Shown here: in pieces, positions 40,300-50,948 of the stretch
Layout of the letters: each line of letters starts with the position of its first letter
How positions within the stretch are numbered: position 1 is the first letter of the stretch
DNA from: an uncultured Clostridia bacterium
GTDB lineage: Bacteria; Bacillota; Clostridia; Christensenellales; UBA1242
DNA: 64,000 nucleotides
NCBI GenBank assembly: GCA_947649575.1
Contig: CANSRZ010000004.1
Location: forward strand, 2,107-66,106
Reading direction: 5' to 3'
Made by a program: the position numbers and the translations under genes
The notes under the pieces: model-generated
What the model was told of the DNA's origin: nothing
The model's database searches: none
Seen by the model: only the letters and a program-made list of their open reading frames with translations

Positions 40300-40407
40300 C
40301 GAAAGCGTTAAGCTTTGTGTATCAATGGCACTTTTTATTTGTTAAGAACGGATACAATAATTGTCTAAAATATAGTTTGCTGACAGTCGTGCAACATTTG
40401 GTTGCTA
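40300..40407 (-). repeat. Family A cluster beginning at the nrdR stop codon
   Basis: Minus strand TAGCAACCAAATGTTGCACGACTGTCAGCA...TATCCGTTCTTAACAAATAAAAAGTGCCATTG...AAAGC-TTAAC-GCTTT. Confidence 0.75.
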
Positions 40408-40848
40408 CATGTCTTCAAGAAGTTTTTTGAATGATGTTATGTCCTTGAATTGACGATATACAGACGCAAATCGCACATATGCAACCTCATCAAGCTTTTT
40501 AAGCTCATCCATAACCATTTCACCAATTTCAGATGATTTGATTTCTTGCAAAAGTTGATTTTGGATGTTCTTCTCAATGTTTGTGATTACATTATCAATT
40601 TGCACCATGCTTACAGGGCGTTTTTCACAAGCTTTGATAAGCCCGCTCTTAATTTTGCTTGCCTCAAATGGTTGACGAGAACCATCATTTTTGATAACCA
40701 AAATTGGAGTTGTTTCAACAGTTTCATAAGTTGTAAAACGTCTGCCGCAATTTGAACATTCGCGACGACGACGAATTGAATTTGTTTCGTCAGTGCTTCT
40801 TGAATCTAAAACTTTGCTTTCTTCGCAACCACAATATATACATTTCAT
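40405..40848 (-). CDS. nrdR: Transcriptional repressor NrdR
   Basis: MKCIYC...SKVLDSR...[18 protein letters not shown]; ATP cone; [12 protein letters not shown]. Confidence 0.98.
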   Translation of the reverse strand: MKCIYCGCEESKVLDSRSTDETNSIRRRRECSNCGRRFTTYETVETTPILVIKNDGSRQPFEASKIKSGLIKACEKRPVSMVQIDNVITNIEKNIQNQLLQEIKSSEIGEMVMDELKKLDEVAYVRFASVYRQFKDITSFKKLLEDM

Positions 40849-40961
40849 AATTTATTACCTCTACAATATATTAGCATATTGTATAAAAATTCTGCAAGTA
40901 AATTTGGCATATTTTTGCGATTTTTGTCATGACTTTTTTGTTTTGTCCATATTTTTATTTT

Positions 40962-41198
40962 ATGTTAAACCTCAAAAATGCCAAAATCGGCAAAATATAC
41001 AATATAAAATCGCTTAGTGAGTATGCTTCTGAAAAAATTGTTAGGCGCTTGTTTGAACTTGGATTTACAAAAGGGCAATCCATAAAAGTTGTCAGAAAAA
41101 GCTTGCTTGGTCAAACAATTCTGATTGAAATAAGAGGATACACATTATCACTTAGAACAACCGTTGCAGAGGCTGTTTTGTTAGGAGAAAAATTATGA
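40962..41198 (+). CDS. feoA: Ferrous iron transport protein A
   Basis: RRLFELGFTKG...IEIRGYTLSLR; overlaps the feoB start. Confidence 0.88.
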   Translation: MLNLKNAKIGKIYNIKSLSEYASEKIVRRLFELGFTKGQSIKVVRKSLLGQTILIEIRGYTLSLRTTVAEAVLLGEKL

Positions 41199-43294
41199 TA
41201 AAAATCAATCTTGTTGGCAATCCAAACACTGGCAAGACCACGCTTTTCAATTGCCTTACTGGCGCACATGAACATGTGGGCAACTGGCACGGCGTTACTG
41301 TGGAAGAAAAGCGAAAGGTTTATAAATATAAAGATAAAGAAATTGCGCTGGTGGACTTGCCAGGAATTTATTCTTTGACAAGTCTGAGTTATGAAGAAGA
41401 GGTAGGCGTAAAATATTTGCTTGCACATAATGATGAACTTGTTTTGAATATATGCGATGCTTCCAATTTGCAGAGAAATTTATATCTCACGCTTGGACTT
41501 TTGGAAATGGGCGCAAAAGTGATTTTGGCGGTTAATCAGATTGAGAAAAAGCAGATTTGCAAAATTGATTATTCTAAATTAAGTGAACTCTTGGGAATTC
41601 CTGTTGTGCCAATCAATCCTAATTCAAAAGAGGGGATTGACAAATTGAACGACACAATTGTGAATTATCAAACTTCACAAATGCACAAGTTGGCATATTT
41701 AAAAAATTTGAACCTGAATAATTCTGTTTTTTCTGCAAAAGATAGGCAAATTATAAAAGAAAATAATTTTCTTCTCGAATTTTGTGCAATAAAACTTTTA
41801 GAAAAAGATAAAAGGCTCTTTGAGCAATTTGGCTTAACTTTTTATGATGTGGAAGAAAACAGTCTTGAAAAAGTTGCGGAGGCAAGATATTGTTTTATTG
41901 ATGAGGTTATGGCAAAATGCTCTTCAAAACGCGAAAGAGTGTATGGATATAGCCGATTTGACAAAATTTTGCTGAACAGGTGGCTTGCGTTTCCGATTTT
42001 TGTTGGCTTTATTGCTCTTGCATTTTATCTGACATTCTTTTCTGTCGGGGCGTGGCTAAGTGACGGACTTGTGTTTTTACTCGATAAATTTATAGGCTCT
42101 CCGCTGGTTGCTTTGTTTGAAAAAATTTTCCCAGGCAGTTGGTTGGTCAGTTTGATTGAAGTCGCGCTTGTAGGTGGCGTTGGCTCTATCCTTGGGTTCT
42201 TGCCACAAGTAGCGTTATTGTTCTTGTTTTTATCAATCTTAGAGGACAGTGGCTATCTATCTCGCGTGGCATTTGTGTTTGATGATATTTTATCAAAAGT
42301 TGGCTTGTCTGGCAAAAGCGTTTACACATTATTGATGGGCTTTGGATGCTCCACAACTGCTGTTTTAACTGCACGAAATATGGAGGATAAAAACTCTAAG
42401 ATAAAAACTGCACTTTTAACGCCTTATATGAGTTGTTCAGCCAAGTTTCCGATTTATGCCGTGCTTGGCGGAGCGTTCTTTGGAGCAAAAAATATTTTAG
42501 TTATTTTAGGGCTATATTTTCTTGGTGTTGTGGTGGCAGTATGCTTAAGTTTTATTCTTGAAAAGACTTTTTTAAAAAGCAAAGGTCAGACATTTATTTT
42601 GGAATTTCCGCCTTATCATTCAATGAGTTTTAAGCGAATTTTGTTTGTACTTTGGGATAACGTAAAATTATTCTTGGTCAGAGTTGGCACGCTTATTATC
42701 TCTATGAATGTGATTGTTTGGCTTCTCAGCAATTTTTCTTTTACAATGAAGTTTGTTCCAAACAGTGGCGGGCAAAGCATGCTTGAAAGTTTGGGCAAAA
42801 TTTTAACTCCTATATTTGCTCCACTCGGCTTTGGAAGTTGGGGCTTGGTCAGCGCTTTGCTTGCTGGGCTGATTGCAAAAGAAGTTATTGTGTCTTCAAT
42901 CGCAATGTTTTCTGGCGCAAGTGAAAGCTTTCTATATTCAGCACTTCAAGACCCAACAAGTGCCGTGTATTTCTCTTCGCCTTTTGCCGTTGTGGCATAT
43001 CTTGTGTTCTGTCTATTATATTTCCCTTGCCTTGCAAGCATTGCAGTGCTTGGCAAAGAGATTGGCAAGAAGTGGACAATAATCGGATGCATAATTGAAC
43101 TTCTTGTGGCTTATGTTATGGCATTTATAATTTACACAATTTGCCTTGCAGGTCAAAAGCTTGGAGCTTTGAAATTGTTGCTTGTTTTAGGTGTTGTTAT
43201 TTTGATATTATTTTCTTTTATCTATATTATCAAAAAGATTAAAGGCAAAAAAGCATGCCATTATTGCAAGAATTGTGATAAAAATTGTAAATAA
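41195..43294 (+). CDS. feoB: Ferrous iron transport protein B
   Basis: GNPNTGKTT, VGNWHGVTVE, DLPGIYSL, EDSGYLSR, PYMSCSAK; Cys-rich C-terminal tail. Confidence 0.96.
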   Translation: MIKINLVGNPNTGKTTLFNCLTGAHEHVGNWHGVTVEEKRKVYKYKDKEIALVDLPGIYSLTSLSYEEEVGVKYLLAHNDELVLNICDASNLQRNLYLTLGLLEMGAKVILAVNQIEKKQICKIDYSKLSELLGIPVVPINPNSKEGIDKLNDTIVNYQTSQMHKLAYLKNLNLNNSVFSAKDRQIIKENNFLLEFCAIKLLEKDKRLFEQFGLTFYDVEENSLEKVAEARYCFIDEVMAKCSSKRERVYGYSRFDKILLNRWLAFPIFVGFIALAFYLTFFSVGAWLSDGLVFLLDKFIGSPLVALFEKIFPGSWLVSLIEVALVGGVGSILGFLPQVALLFLFLSILEDSGYLSRVAFVFDDILSKVGLSGKSVYTLLMGFGCSTTAVLTARNMEDKNSKIKTALLTPYMSCSAKFPIYAVLGGAFFGAKNILVILGLYFLGVVVAVCLSFILEKTFLKSKGQTFILEFPPYHSMSFKRILFVLWDNVKLFLVRVGTLIISMNVIVWLLSNFSFTMKFVPNSGGQSMLESLGKILTPIFAPLGFGSWGLVSALLAGLIAKEVIVSSIAMFSGASESFLYSALQDPTSAVYFSSPFAVVAYLVFCLLYFPCLASIAVLGKEIGKKWTIIGCIIELLVAYVMAFIIYTICLAGQKLGALKLLLVLGVVILILFSFIYIIKKIKGKKACHYCKNCDKNCK

Positions 43295-43387
43295 ATTAAG
43301 CAAAAGGTGATTATTGTGATTTTATAGCAAAAAACCTTTTGCTTTTTTTGCAGTTTTGTGTTAAACTTAGGTTTGTAAAGGAGAATT

Positions 43388-44704
43388 ATGTTCAAGCCTA
43401 TTGTTGCGATTGTTGGCAGGCCAAATGTTGGCAAAAGCACTTTTTTTAACAAAATTTGTGGAAAGAGAATATCTATTGTTGACGACACTCCTGGCGTGAC
43501 AAGAGATAGAATTTATGCTGACGCAGAATGGTGTGGGCATGATTTTATGCTGGTTGATACTGGCGGCTTGGACTCCAAAAGTGACGACCGTTTTCAGGAA
43601 GACATCAGAAAGCAGGCAGAAATTGCAATCAACGACGCGCATGTGATTGTGTTTATGGTTGACGGCAGAGGAGGCGTGACATCCACTGATGAGGAAGTGG
43701 CTACTCTTTTAAAAAGGAGCAAAACGCCAGTTGTGCTTGTTGTTAATAAACTTGACAGATTTGAAGTTGAAAACACTTATGAATTTTATTCACTTGGGCT
43801 TGGTCAGCCATATCCGCTTTCTGTTTTGCAAAGCAAGGGGATAGGCGATATTTTGGATGCTATTGTTGAACATTTTCCAAAAAAGAATGAAAATGAAGAA
43901 TACAGCACATTCACAAAGGTTGCGATTGTTGGCAGGCCTAATGTTGGCAAAAGTTCGATTGTCAATCGTTTGATTGGTCAGCAACGAGTTGTTGTGAGTG
44001 ATATTGAGGGCACAACGCGTGATAGCGTGCTTGTTCCGTTTAGATTTAACAAAAAAGACTATGCGCTTGTGGACACGGCAGGGTTAAGGCGTCAACGCTC
44101 TGTTGAAAGAGAAAGCATTGAGGGATACAGCGTTTTGAGAACAATGAACGCTATCAACGAGGCAGATGTTGTTTTGTTTGTTGTGTCAGGCAACGAAGAA
44201 AAGTTGACCGAGCAAGATGTTCGCGTGGCTGGCTTTGTTCACGAGGCAGGCAAGCCTAGCGTTGTTGTTGTAAACAAATGGGATGAAAAATCTAAAAACA
44301 AGCCTGAGTTTGAAAAAATGCTTGCAAAAGAACTTGCTTTTATGGATTATTATCAGTCTGTTTATGTTTCAGCCTTAACAGGCGCGGGCATGGGACAGAT
44401 TATGGAAAATGTTGAAAAAGTTTATGAGAATGGAAACAAACGTATCACAACAGGACTTTTGAATGATATTTTGCACGATGCGATTTTATATTTTGAACCT
44501 CAAACAAAAAGCGGACGTCGCGCAAAGATAAAATTTATAACTCAGGTGTCAACTCTTCCGCCAACCTTTGTTTTGTTCGTCAATGACGCAAAGCTTATCA
44601 ATTTTTCATACAGCCGTTATCTTGAAAACAAACTGCGCGAACGCGTTGATTTTTCTGGCACGCCAATCAAAATTATTATTCGCGGAAAGGAGGATAAAGA
44701 ATGA
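43388..44704 (+). CDS. der: Ribosome biogenesis GTPase Der/EngA
   Basis: Two GRPNVGKS GTPase domains plus a KH-like C-terminus. Confidence 0.98.
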   Translation: MFKPIVAIVGRPNVGKSTFFNKICGKRISIVDDTPGVTRDRIYADAEWCGHDFMLVDTGGLDSKSDDRFQEDIRKQAEIAINDAHVIVFMVDGRGGVTSTDEEVATLLKRSKTPVVLVVNKLDRFEVENTYEFYSLGLGQPYPLSVLQSKGIGDILDAIVEHFPKKNENEEYSTFTKVAIVGRPNVGKSSIVNRLIGQQRVVVSDIEGTTRDSVLVPFRFNKKDYALVDTAGLRRQRSVERESIEGYSVLRTMNAINEADVVLFVVSGNEEKLTEQDVRVAGFVHEAGKPSVVVVNKWDEKSKNKPEFEKMLAKELAFMDYYQSVYVSALTGAGMGQIMENVEKVYENGNKRITTGLLNDILHDAILYFEPQTKSGRRAKIKFITQVSTLPPTFVLFVNDAKLINFSYSRYLENKLRERVDFSGTPIKIIIRGKEDKE

Positions 44705-45489
44705 GTATTTCTTGGGCATTAGTCATTGTCTTTATAGTTTCTTATCTTGTTGGAAGCATCAATTTCTCAAAAATTTTGTCTTGGCATGGCTGGCATAAAA
44801 ATATAGAAAAACAGGGCTCTGGCAATCCTGGCACGATGAATATGCTTCGCACTTACGGCTTTAAGGCTGCAATTGCAACGCTTGCATTGGAGGCTATTAA
44901 ATCTGGCTTGACGGCTTGGCTTTGTGCTTTTATTTTGAAAGGTTATAACACTCCAGAAGTGACTTATAATATGACTGTCTTTTTCTTCTCTGGATTTGCT
45001 CTTGTTATGGGCTCTTGCTTTCCGCTTTTGGGAACAATCAAAGGTGGCAAAGGTGTGGCAACAGCTTTTGGCGTTTTTATGTTTAGCGAACTTTGGTATG
45101 TTGCTCTTGCTCTTTTTGTTGTTGGTATAATTTTGATAGCTGTTACTGAATATGGATTTCTTTCTTCAATGGCATTTATCATTGGCGTAAGCATTGCAAC
45201 AACAATTTATGTTTTTGTTTTAAATATTTCTTATGCCTGGCTGATAACTCTTCTTGTGTGGCTGATTTGCATTTTGATTGTGGTCAAACATCGCAAAAAC
45301 TTTTATAGATTGTTTACTCATCAAGAAAACAAAGCAAATTTTAAAGCCTCTTTCATGAAAATGTTTAAGAAAAAAGAGCAAATTACAGAAGCCCCAGAAG
45401 ACAAAAACTATGAAAATAACAGTAAAGAACAAACTTCTTCAAAGCAACAAAATTTGAATAATGAAGAAAACGCAAATGATAAGAAATAG
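44701..45489 (+). CDS. plsY: Glycerol-3-phosphate acyltransferase PlsY
   Basis: SYLVGSI, GSGNPGTMNMLR, KGGKGVAT, KHRKNFYRL. Confidence 0.93.
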   Translation: MSISWALVIVFIVSYLVGSINFSKILSWHGWHKNIEKQGSGNPGTMNMLRTYGFKAAIATLALEAIKSGLTAWLCAFILKGYNTPEVTYNMTVFFFSGFALVMGSCFPLLGTIKGGKGVATAFGVFMFSELWYVALALFVVGIILIAVTEYGFLSSMAFIIGVSIATTIYVFVLNISYAWLITLLVWLICILIVVKHRKNFYRLFTHQENKANFKASFMKMFKKKEQITEAPEDKNYENNSKEQTSSKQQNLNNEENANDKK

Positions 45490-45516
45490 TTATAAAAAGA
45501 ATTTTAAATTTATGTA

Positions 45517-45543
45517 ATAAAGAAAATTTTTCCTCCATATATT
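45517..45543 (+). promoter_or_regulatory. sigmaE promoter for spoIVA
   Basis: ATA-16 bp-CATATATT. Confidence 0.6.
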
Positions 45544-45592
45544 ACTTTGAGTAGCATTTTTCAGCTATCTCATCATAATATGGAGGTTTTTT

Positions 45593-47068
45593 ATGGAAAA
45601 ATTTGAAATATATGATGATATTAAATCGCGCACAAACGGCGACATTTATATTGGCGTTGTCGGGCCTGTAAGAGTTGGCAAATCAACCTTTATCACCCAG
45701 TTTATGAACAAACTTGTGCTTCCTAATATCACAGAAAAAAACGCAAAAGACAGAACTATTGACGAACTCCCGCAATCTGCCGACGGCAAAACAATTATGA
45801 CAACTCAGCCTCACTTTGTGCCTAACGAAGCTGTTAAAATCAAAATCGCAAATGCTGAAATGAAAGTTCGCATGATAGACTGCGTTGGCTATCTTGTTGC
45901 TGGCGTGCTTGGCGCGGTGGAAGATGACAAACCTCGTCTTGTTAAAACTCCTTGGGCAGAGGAGGATATGCCTTTTGAAGAGGCTGCCGAGCTTGGCACT
46001 AAGAAAGTTATTGACGAGCATTCAACTGTTGGCATTATGGTGACAACTGATGGCTCTATCACTGACTTAACAAGAGCAAGTTATGTTGAAGCAGAAGAAA
46101 AAGTTGTTGCTGACCTTAAAAAGACAGGCAAACCTTTTGTTTGCGTTTTGAACTGCAAAAATCCAAACACAACAGAAGCTAAAAAACTTGCGTTATCTTT
46201 GGCAGAAAAATATGAAGTCCCTGTTATTCCTGTAAACGCACAAGAACTTAAAGAGAGTGAAGTTGACAAGATTGTTGAAAGTCTTTTAATGGAGTTCCCT
46301 ATCAAGTCTATCAAAATCAAGTTGCCAACTTGGCTTCAAGCTTTGTCCTTTACAAGCGATATTATCTCTGAAATTGCGCTCGAAGTGAAAAAACTTGGTC
46401 AAAAGTTGTTAAAACTTAGTGACGCAAGTGGCGAGGTTTTAGCTTTTACAGAAAGTGAATTCTTTGAGCCGATTACAGTTTCAAATATTCAAACTGGCGA
46501 GGGCATTGTTCGCTTTAATGTTATTCCAAAAGATGATTTGTTCTATAAAGTGCTTTCTCGCGAGTGTGGCTATGATATCACTGATGATTTCTGTCTTATC
46601 AACTATATCAAAGAGCTTGCTGTTGCCAAGACTGAATATGATAAAATTAAAACTGCACTTGAAGAAGTTCGCCAAACTGGATACGGCATAGTTGAGCCTA
46701 AAAAAGAAGACTTTGAACTTGGCGAGCCAGAAATTATCAAACAAGGCAGCCGCTTTGGAGTTAAAATCAAAGCAACAGCACCATCGCTTCATATCATGCG
46801 CGTTGATGTGGATACTGAGGTTACTCCGCTTGTTGGAACTGAGGACCAAAGCAATGACCTTGTTAAAAATCTTCAAGAACAGTTCAATGAAAATCCAGAG
46901 GCAATTTGGGATACAAATATATTGGGACGCAGTCTTTATAACTTAATTGGCGATAATATCAGTTCAAAAATTGTAACAATGCCGATTGAAGCACAACGCA
47001 AAATGCGCAAAACGCTTGGCAGAATTGTCAACGAGGGCAAAGGCGGAGTTATTTGTATTTTGTTGTAA
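45593..47068 (+). CDS. spoIVA: Stage IV sporulation protein A
   Basis: DIYIGVVGPVRVGKSTFI, DELPQS, IDCVGY, EGKGGVICILL. Confidence 0.98.
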   Translation: MEKFEIYDDIKSRTNGDIYIGVVGPVRVGKSTFITQFMNKLVLPNITEKNAKDRTIDELPQSADGKTIMTTQPHFVPNEAVKIKIANAEMKVRMIDCVGYLVAGVLGAVEDDKPRLVKTPWAEEDMPFEEAAELGTKKVIDEHSTVGIMVTTDGSITDLTRASYVEAEEKVVADLKKTGKPFVCVLNCKNPNTTEAKKLALSLAEKYEVPVIPVNAQELKESEVDKIVESLLMEFPIKSIKIKLPTWLQALSFTSDIISEIALEVKKLGQKLLKLSDASGEVLAFTESEFFEPITVSNIQTGEGIVRFNVIPKDDLFYKVLSRECGYDITDDFCLINYIKELAVAKTEYDKIKTALEEVRQTGYGIVEPKKEDFELGEPEIIKQGSRFGVKIKATAPSLHIMRVDVDTEVTPLVGTEDQSNDLVKNLQEQFNENPEAIWDTNILGRSLYNLIGDNISSKIVTMPIEAQRKMRKTLGRIVNEGKGGVICILL

Positions 47069-47091
47069 TTAATTAGTTTTTGTTATTATAT

Positions 47092-47179
47092 CTTGCTTTT
47101 CTTTTAAAGAAAAGTAAGTAAAAGAAGACTAAAAACAAGAGCGTTTAAGAAAATTACTTTTCTTAAACGCTCTTGTTTT
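47092..47179 (+). repeat. Family B element after spoIVA
   Basis: Head CTTGCTTTTCTTT-T-AAAGAAAAGTAAG, then a perfect 22-bp stem 47132-47153/47158-47179. Confidence 0.75.
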
Positions 47180-47234
47180 GAATTTATCTTATTTTTAAAA
47201 GATAGAATTAAACTTAAAAAAACATAAAAGACCC

Positions 47235-47322
47235 GCGAAGTTTGGCTTTGTTCCCGTGTCAACTGAAAATAATTTAATTTTGTTAACGATTTAGTTGACA
47301 CGGGGGGGGGATTTGCTATACT
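47235..47322 (+). promoter_or_regulatory. Poly-G promoter cassette, copy 3 (G9, 16-bp spacer)
   Basis: IR 47253-47264/47293-47304; TTGACA 47295, TATACT 47317. Confidence 0.85.
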
Positions 47323-47602
47323 GAATTTATAATTTGCAATAAAGCAATGATATTATATAAAATTTATTAAAAATTTTTGAAAAATCTTGCTTAATTTCTT
47401 AAATTATAGTTATTATTATATACAGAATTACTCATAAACAAGGTAAAATTTTTGGCTTTAAATTTATTATTCTGTACAATTTACTATATAAATGTATATG
47501 TTGTTTTTACTTGCTAAAATTGGCTAAAACCGGGATGTTTTGAATGAAATAATAAGTAAAGCTGATTTTTTTGTTGAAATTTTTTTAATAAGGAGAAATT
47601 TT

Positions 47603-50338
47603 ATGAAAACAAAAAAGAGAGAATTAACAAGAAAAGGCAAGTTTTGGACGATAGGCGCTTGTATATTTGCGGTTTTTGCTTTAAGTTTGGGCTTGGTTTT
47701 TGGCATGCTTGATTTTTCATCAAAGGCGAAGCCAGACAAACTTGATAGTGCAACTGCGCCAACAAACTCTACATATTGGCATGAAAATCCAAGTTCATTG
47801 GATTTTGTCTGGTCGGGCAGCGGCACAGAAGATGACCCTTGGTTAATTTCTTCAGCTGCCGAACTTGCTGCTGTAAGTTATAATATATATGCAAATATGA
47901 TTACTCCAACCAGCACAAATTACTATTATTATGGAAAATATTTTAAACAGACCGCTAATATAGACGTGTCGGCATATTATTGGACACCTATTGGGTCATA
48001 TAATGATTCTAAAATTTTTGCTGGCAATTTTGACGGAAATGGATATACTATTTCAGGTATTTTCACAAAGGCTGGCAAAAGTGATGAAGACTGTGGCCAA
48101 GGTCTATTTGGTTATGTGGGAGCGCCAAGCGGTGCTTTGCCTTGTGGCCATTTATCTAATATTACAGTACAAAATTCAATTATACAAGGGAACTCTCATT
48201 TGGGTGGAATTGCTGGCTATATTAAATATGGCACTGTAACTAACTGCGTAAATTCAGCCCAGGTTAAAACTTCAATGTCAAGCGGAGAGGCTTATGTCGG
48301 CGGTTTGTTTGGATATGCTTCAACATCAACAAATATTTCAAAATCAAACAATTCTGGCACAGTAAACGGCTCTAGTGCTACAAATATAGGTGGCTTGGTT
48401 GGCTTTTATGAGTCGTCAGGTACAAGTTATGTAATTTCTCAGTGTTATAACACAGGCACAGTTTCAGGAGGCACGTCAACAGGTGGTCTTGTTGGCGAAA
48501 GCCGAGGCATAATTCAAGATTGTTATAATAAAGGCAGTGTAAATTCTGCAAGTGCTTTCTCTGGCGGAATAGTGGGCTGGACAAATTATGGCAAAATTTT
48601 TAACTGTTATAATAATGCAACAATAACGAGTGGCTCTGGAATAACTGGGAATTGTGGTTATGCTCAAGTTTTAAACTGCTTTAACATAGGTTCAGGAGTT
48701 TACGGCGTAATAGGCTCTAGATATAATACAAATGTTTCAAAATGTTATTATGGAGGCACTTGCTCAGCCACCCAAGGCATTGGCAATGAGGAGGACGAAG
48801 AAGGCATAACTGAAAGTGTTGAAACATTGATTAGTGATGTAAAAAATTCTGCTTTTTATAATCCTAACAGTATTGCTTGGGATAAAACTCGAATTTGGAA
48901 TTTTGCTACAGTTTGGGGAATTAATGCAAATATCAATAGCGGGTTCCCAACATTTAAATATCTTATTCCTCCAACTTTGACTATTAATACAAATGGTGGG
49001 GCTTATCTTGGCTCTACAACTATTACTCAAAATAACGGCACAACTGTGACTATAAAGACTCCAACTCGTGATTATTTTAAGTTTGCTGGCTGGACTCTTA
49101 GCGGTGGTGGCACTTATGTTGCCGCAACAAATACTTATACTTTTGGAACTTCTGACGGAGTGTTAATCGCGAAATGGACGGCAACCCATTGGCCAGCCGT
49201 TGGAGTAACTAATTGGGCTGGCAGTGGAAGTGCAGAAAATCCTTACATTATTGACAGCGCTGAAAAGTTGGCAGGAATTGCTAAACAAATAAGTGGAGGA
49301 TTGAATTTTAAAGACGTTTGCTTTAAACAAACAAAAAATATTGATTTAAGCAAATTTTTGTGGGCTCCAATAGCAAAAGATGACATGTCAACTTTTGTAG
49401 GGAATTATGACGGTGGGAATTTTACTATTTCTGGCATGAGGGTTATATCTGAAACTAAATATGGCGGATTGTTTGGTTTTGTTGGAGGCTTGACAGGCAA
49501 CGTTAGTGTTATAAAGAATATAATTATGTTGGATTCTAGCGTTGAATATAAAGAAGCGAACTCTAATCTTACCGCAAGTGTAGGCTCAATTATTGGCAGG
49601 CTTGGAAATAGTTCAATCATTGAAAACTGCTCAAGTGATGCAATTGTGCGAAATGGCTATTATACTGGTGGCATTGTGGGGCAATCTCAGGGCACTATCA
49701 ATAATTGTTCTTTTACTGGAACTGTTACTTCAGTCAAAAAGGATGGTTTTGCAGGCTCTGGTGGAATTGCAGGGTCTTGTTATGGAACTATGAATAAATG
49801 CTGTTTTTCTGGCTATATAAGCGCAGTTTTGGTTGGCGGCTTAGTTGGTGATGTTGGCATGTTAAATGGAAAGGGAACTATTAATGATAGTATTGTTTCT
49901 GGCACAGTAAGTTGGATAGGGGATGGAACTGGTTATGCAGGCAGCATTGTTGGTGCTGGAAGCGGAACTTTAAACAATTGTGCTGCTTATGGTGTTTTAC
50001 TTGCAAATGGAGCAAATTCTTTAAATTTTAATGCTATTGCCGGTTATATGCCTAACAACACTTCCAAAAACTGTTCATTTGTTGGAATCAGTGATTTTGA
50101 TTTTGCACATAGCACAAACACAGTTTTTGGCATTAAAAGCATGGACAGTTGTTATGTTGTTGTCAACGAACTTAAATATTATTCAGACGGAGATTTTGCT
50201 GATTTTGCCATTGTGAGTGGCATGAACAAGGATTTGCCAATGCAAAAAGCTTTATATATACTTGCAGAGCAAGTTCCAAATGACAGTGTTGCAATGGTTG
50301 ACAGAATGAAAGCTATGGGATTTGTTAAAAAGGTTTAA
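47603..50338 (+). CDS. Surface GLUG-motif protein 3 with an intact InlB B-repeat-like segment
   Basis: Shared leader (LGLVFGMLDFS); two GSGxxxxP(W/Y)xI modules; GLUG repeats; shared tail; ATG after AGGAG. Confidence 0.85.
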   Translation: MKTKKRELTRKGKFWTIGACIFAVFALSLGLVFGMLDFSSKAKPDKLDSATAPTNSTYWHENPSSLDFVWSGSGTEDDPWLISSAAELAAVSYNIYANMITPTSTNYYYYGKYFKQTANIDVSAYYWTPIGSYNDSKIFAGNFDGNGYTISGIFTKAGKSDEDCGQGLFGYVGAPSGALPCGHLSNITVQNSIIQGNSHLGGIAGYIKYGTVTNCVNSAQVKTSMSSGEAYVGGLFGYASTSTNISKSNNSGTVNGSSATNIGGLVGFYESSGTSYVISQCYNTGTVSGGTSTGGLVGESRGIIQDCYNKGSVNSASAFSGGIVGWTNYGKIFNCYNNATITSGSGITGNCGYAQVLNCFNIGSGVYGVIGSRYNTNVSKCYYGGTCSATQGIGNEEDEEGITESVETLISDVKNSAFYNPNSIAWDKTRIWNFATVWGINANINSGFPTFKYLIPPTLTINTNGGAYLGSTTITQNNGTTVTIKTPTRDYFKFAGWTLSGGGTYVAATNTYTFGTSDGVLIAKWTATHWPAVGVTNWAGSGSAENPYIIDSAEKLAGIAKQISGGLNFKDVCFKQTKNIDLSKFLWAPIAKDDMSTFVGNYDGGNFTISGMRVISETKYGGLFGFVGGLTGNVSVIKNIIMLDSSVEYKEANSNLTASVGSIIGRLGNSSIIENCSSDAIVRNGYYTGGIVGQSQGTINNCSFTGTVTSVKKDGFAGSGGIAGSCYGTMNKCCFSGYISAVLVGGLVGDVGMLNGKGTINDSIVSGTVSWIGDGTGYAGSIVGAGSGTLNNCAAYGVLLANGANSLNFNAIAGYMPNNTSKNCSFVGISDFDFAHSTNTVFGIKSMDSCYVVVNELKYYSDGDFADFAIVSGMNKDLPMQKALYILAEQVPNDSVAMVDRMKAMGFVKKV

Positions 50339-50364
50339 AAAATGCGCATATGCGCATTTTTTTT
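50339..50364 (+). terminator. Terminator after GLUG gene 3
   Basis: AAAATGCGCATATGCGCATTTTTTT. Confidence 0.75.
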
Positions 50365-50412
50365 GTTTATTAAATTTTTAGCAAAAAACGTTGGCGTTGC
50401 ATATTCTATAAT

Positions 50413-50511
50413 ATGAGCAAAGAAAACAAAGAAGCAAAGTATAAAATTATTTGCATAAAAGCTCCAAAATGGCTTTCATTTTTCCTGAGGAGATTAGGTA
50501 AAAAAGACTAA
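50413..50511 (+). CDS. spoVM: Stage V sporulation protein M (small amphipathic coat peptide), absent from the ORF track
   Basis: MSKENKEAKYKIICIKAPKWLSFFLRRLGKKD matches the recalled SpoVM IKLPKFL pattern; convergent with rpmB as in B. subtilis; CATATTCT -10 at 50400. Confidence 0.8.
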   Translation: MSKENKEAKYKIICIKAPKWLSFFLRRLGKKD

Positions 50512-50526
50512 AAAATAGGCAACAAA

Positions 50527-50548
50527 AAAGCAAGGCGCGCCTTGCTTA
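50527..50548. terminator. Hairpin between convergent spoVM and rpmB
   Basis: AAGCAAGGCGCGCCTTGCTT palindrome preceded by an A tract (U tract on the minus strand). Confidence 0.7.
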
Positions 50549-50560
50549 AATTTTGTCACC

Positions 50561-50743
50561 CTATGCCTTTTTTGCTTTTTTAATACATTTTGTGCAAGCT
50601 TTTACAGTGGTAGGTTTTCCATCAACTTCGATGGTTGTTTTTTGAAGATTAACTTCAAATGTTTTGTTAGACTTTCTTTCTGAGAAACTAACTTGTTTTC
50701 CACTTTGTCTGCCTTTTCCGCAGATTTCACAAACTCTACTCAT
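50561..50743 (-). CDS. rpmB: 50S ribosomal protein L28
   Basis: MSRVCEICGK...NLQK...KACTKCIK; divergent from asp23-fakA. Confidence 0.95.
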   Translation of the reverse strand: MSRVCEICGKGRQSGKQVSFSERKSNKTFEVNLQKTTIEVDGKPTTVKACTKCIKKAKKA

Positions 50744-50948
50744 AGTTTTATCCTCCATTACTTTGCACTAGCAGTTTATCATGTTTAAACAAAAAAATCA
50801 ACTCTTTTTTCAAAAAAATTATAAAAAGTTTATTTATTCTTGTAAAAAGTAAAAAAATCATTTGTAATTTTTTTTTGTTTGTAGTATATTATATTAAAGC
50901 ACACAAGTCTTGTCTTTTGTGCATGCATTATTTTGGAGGGCTAAGGTC

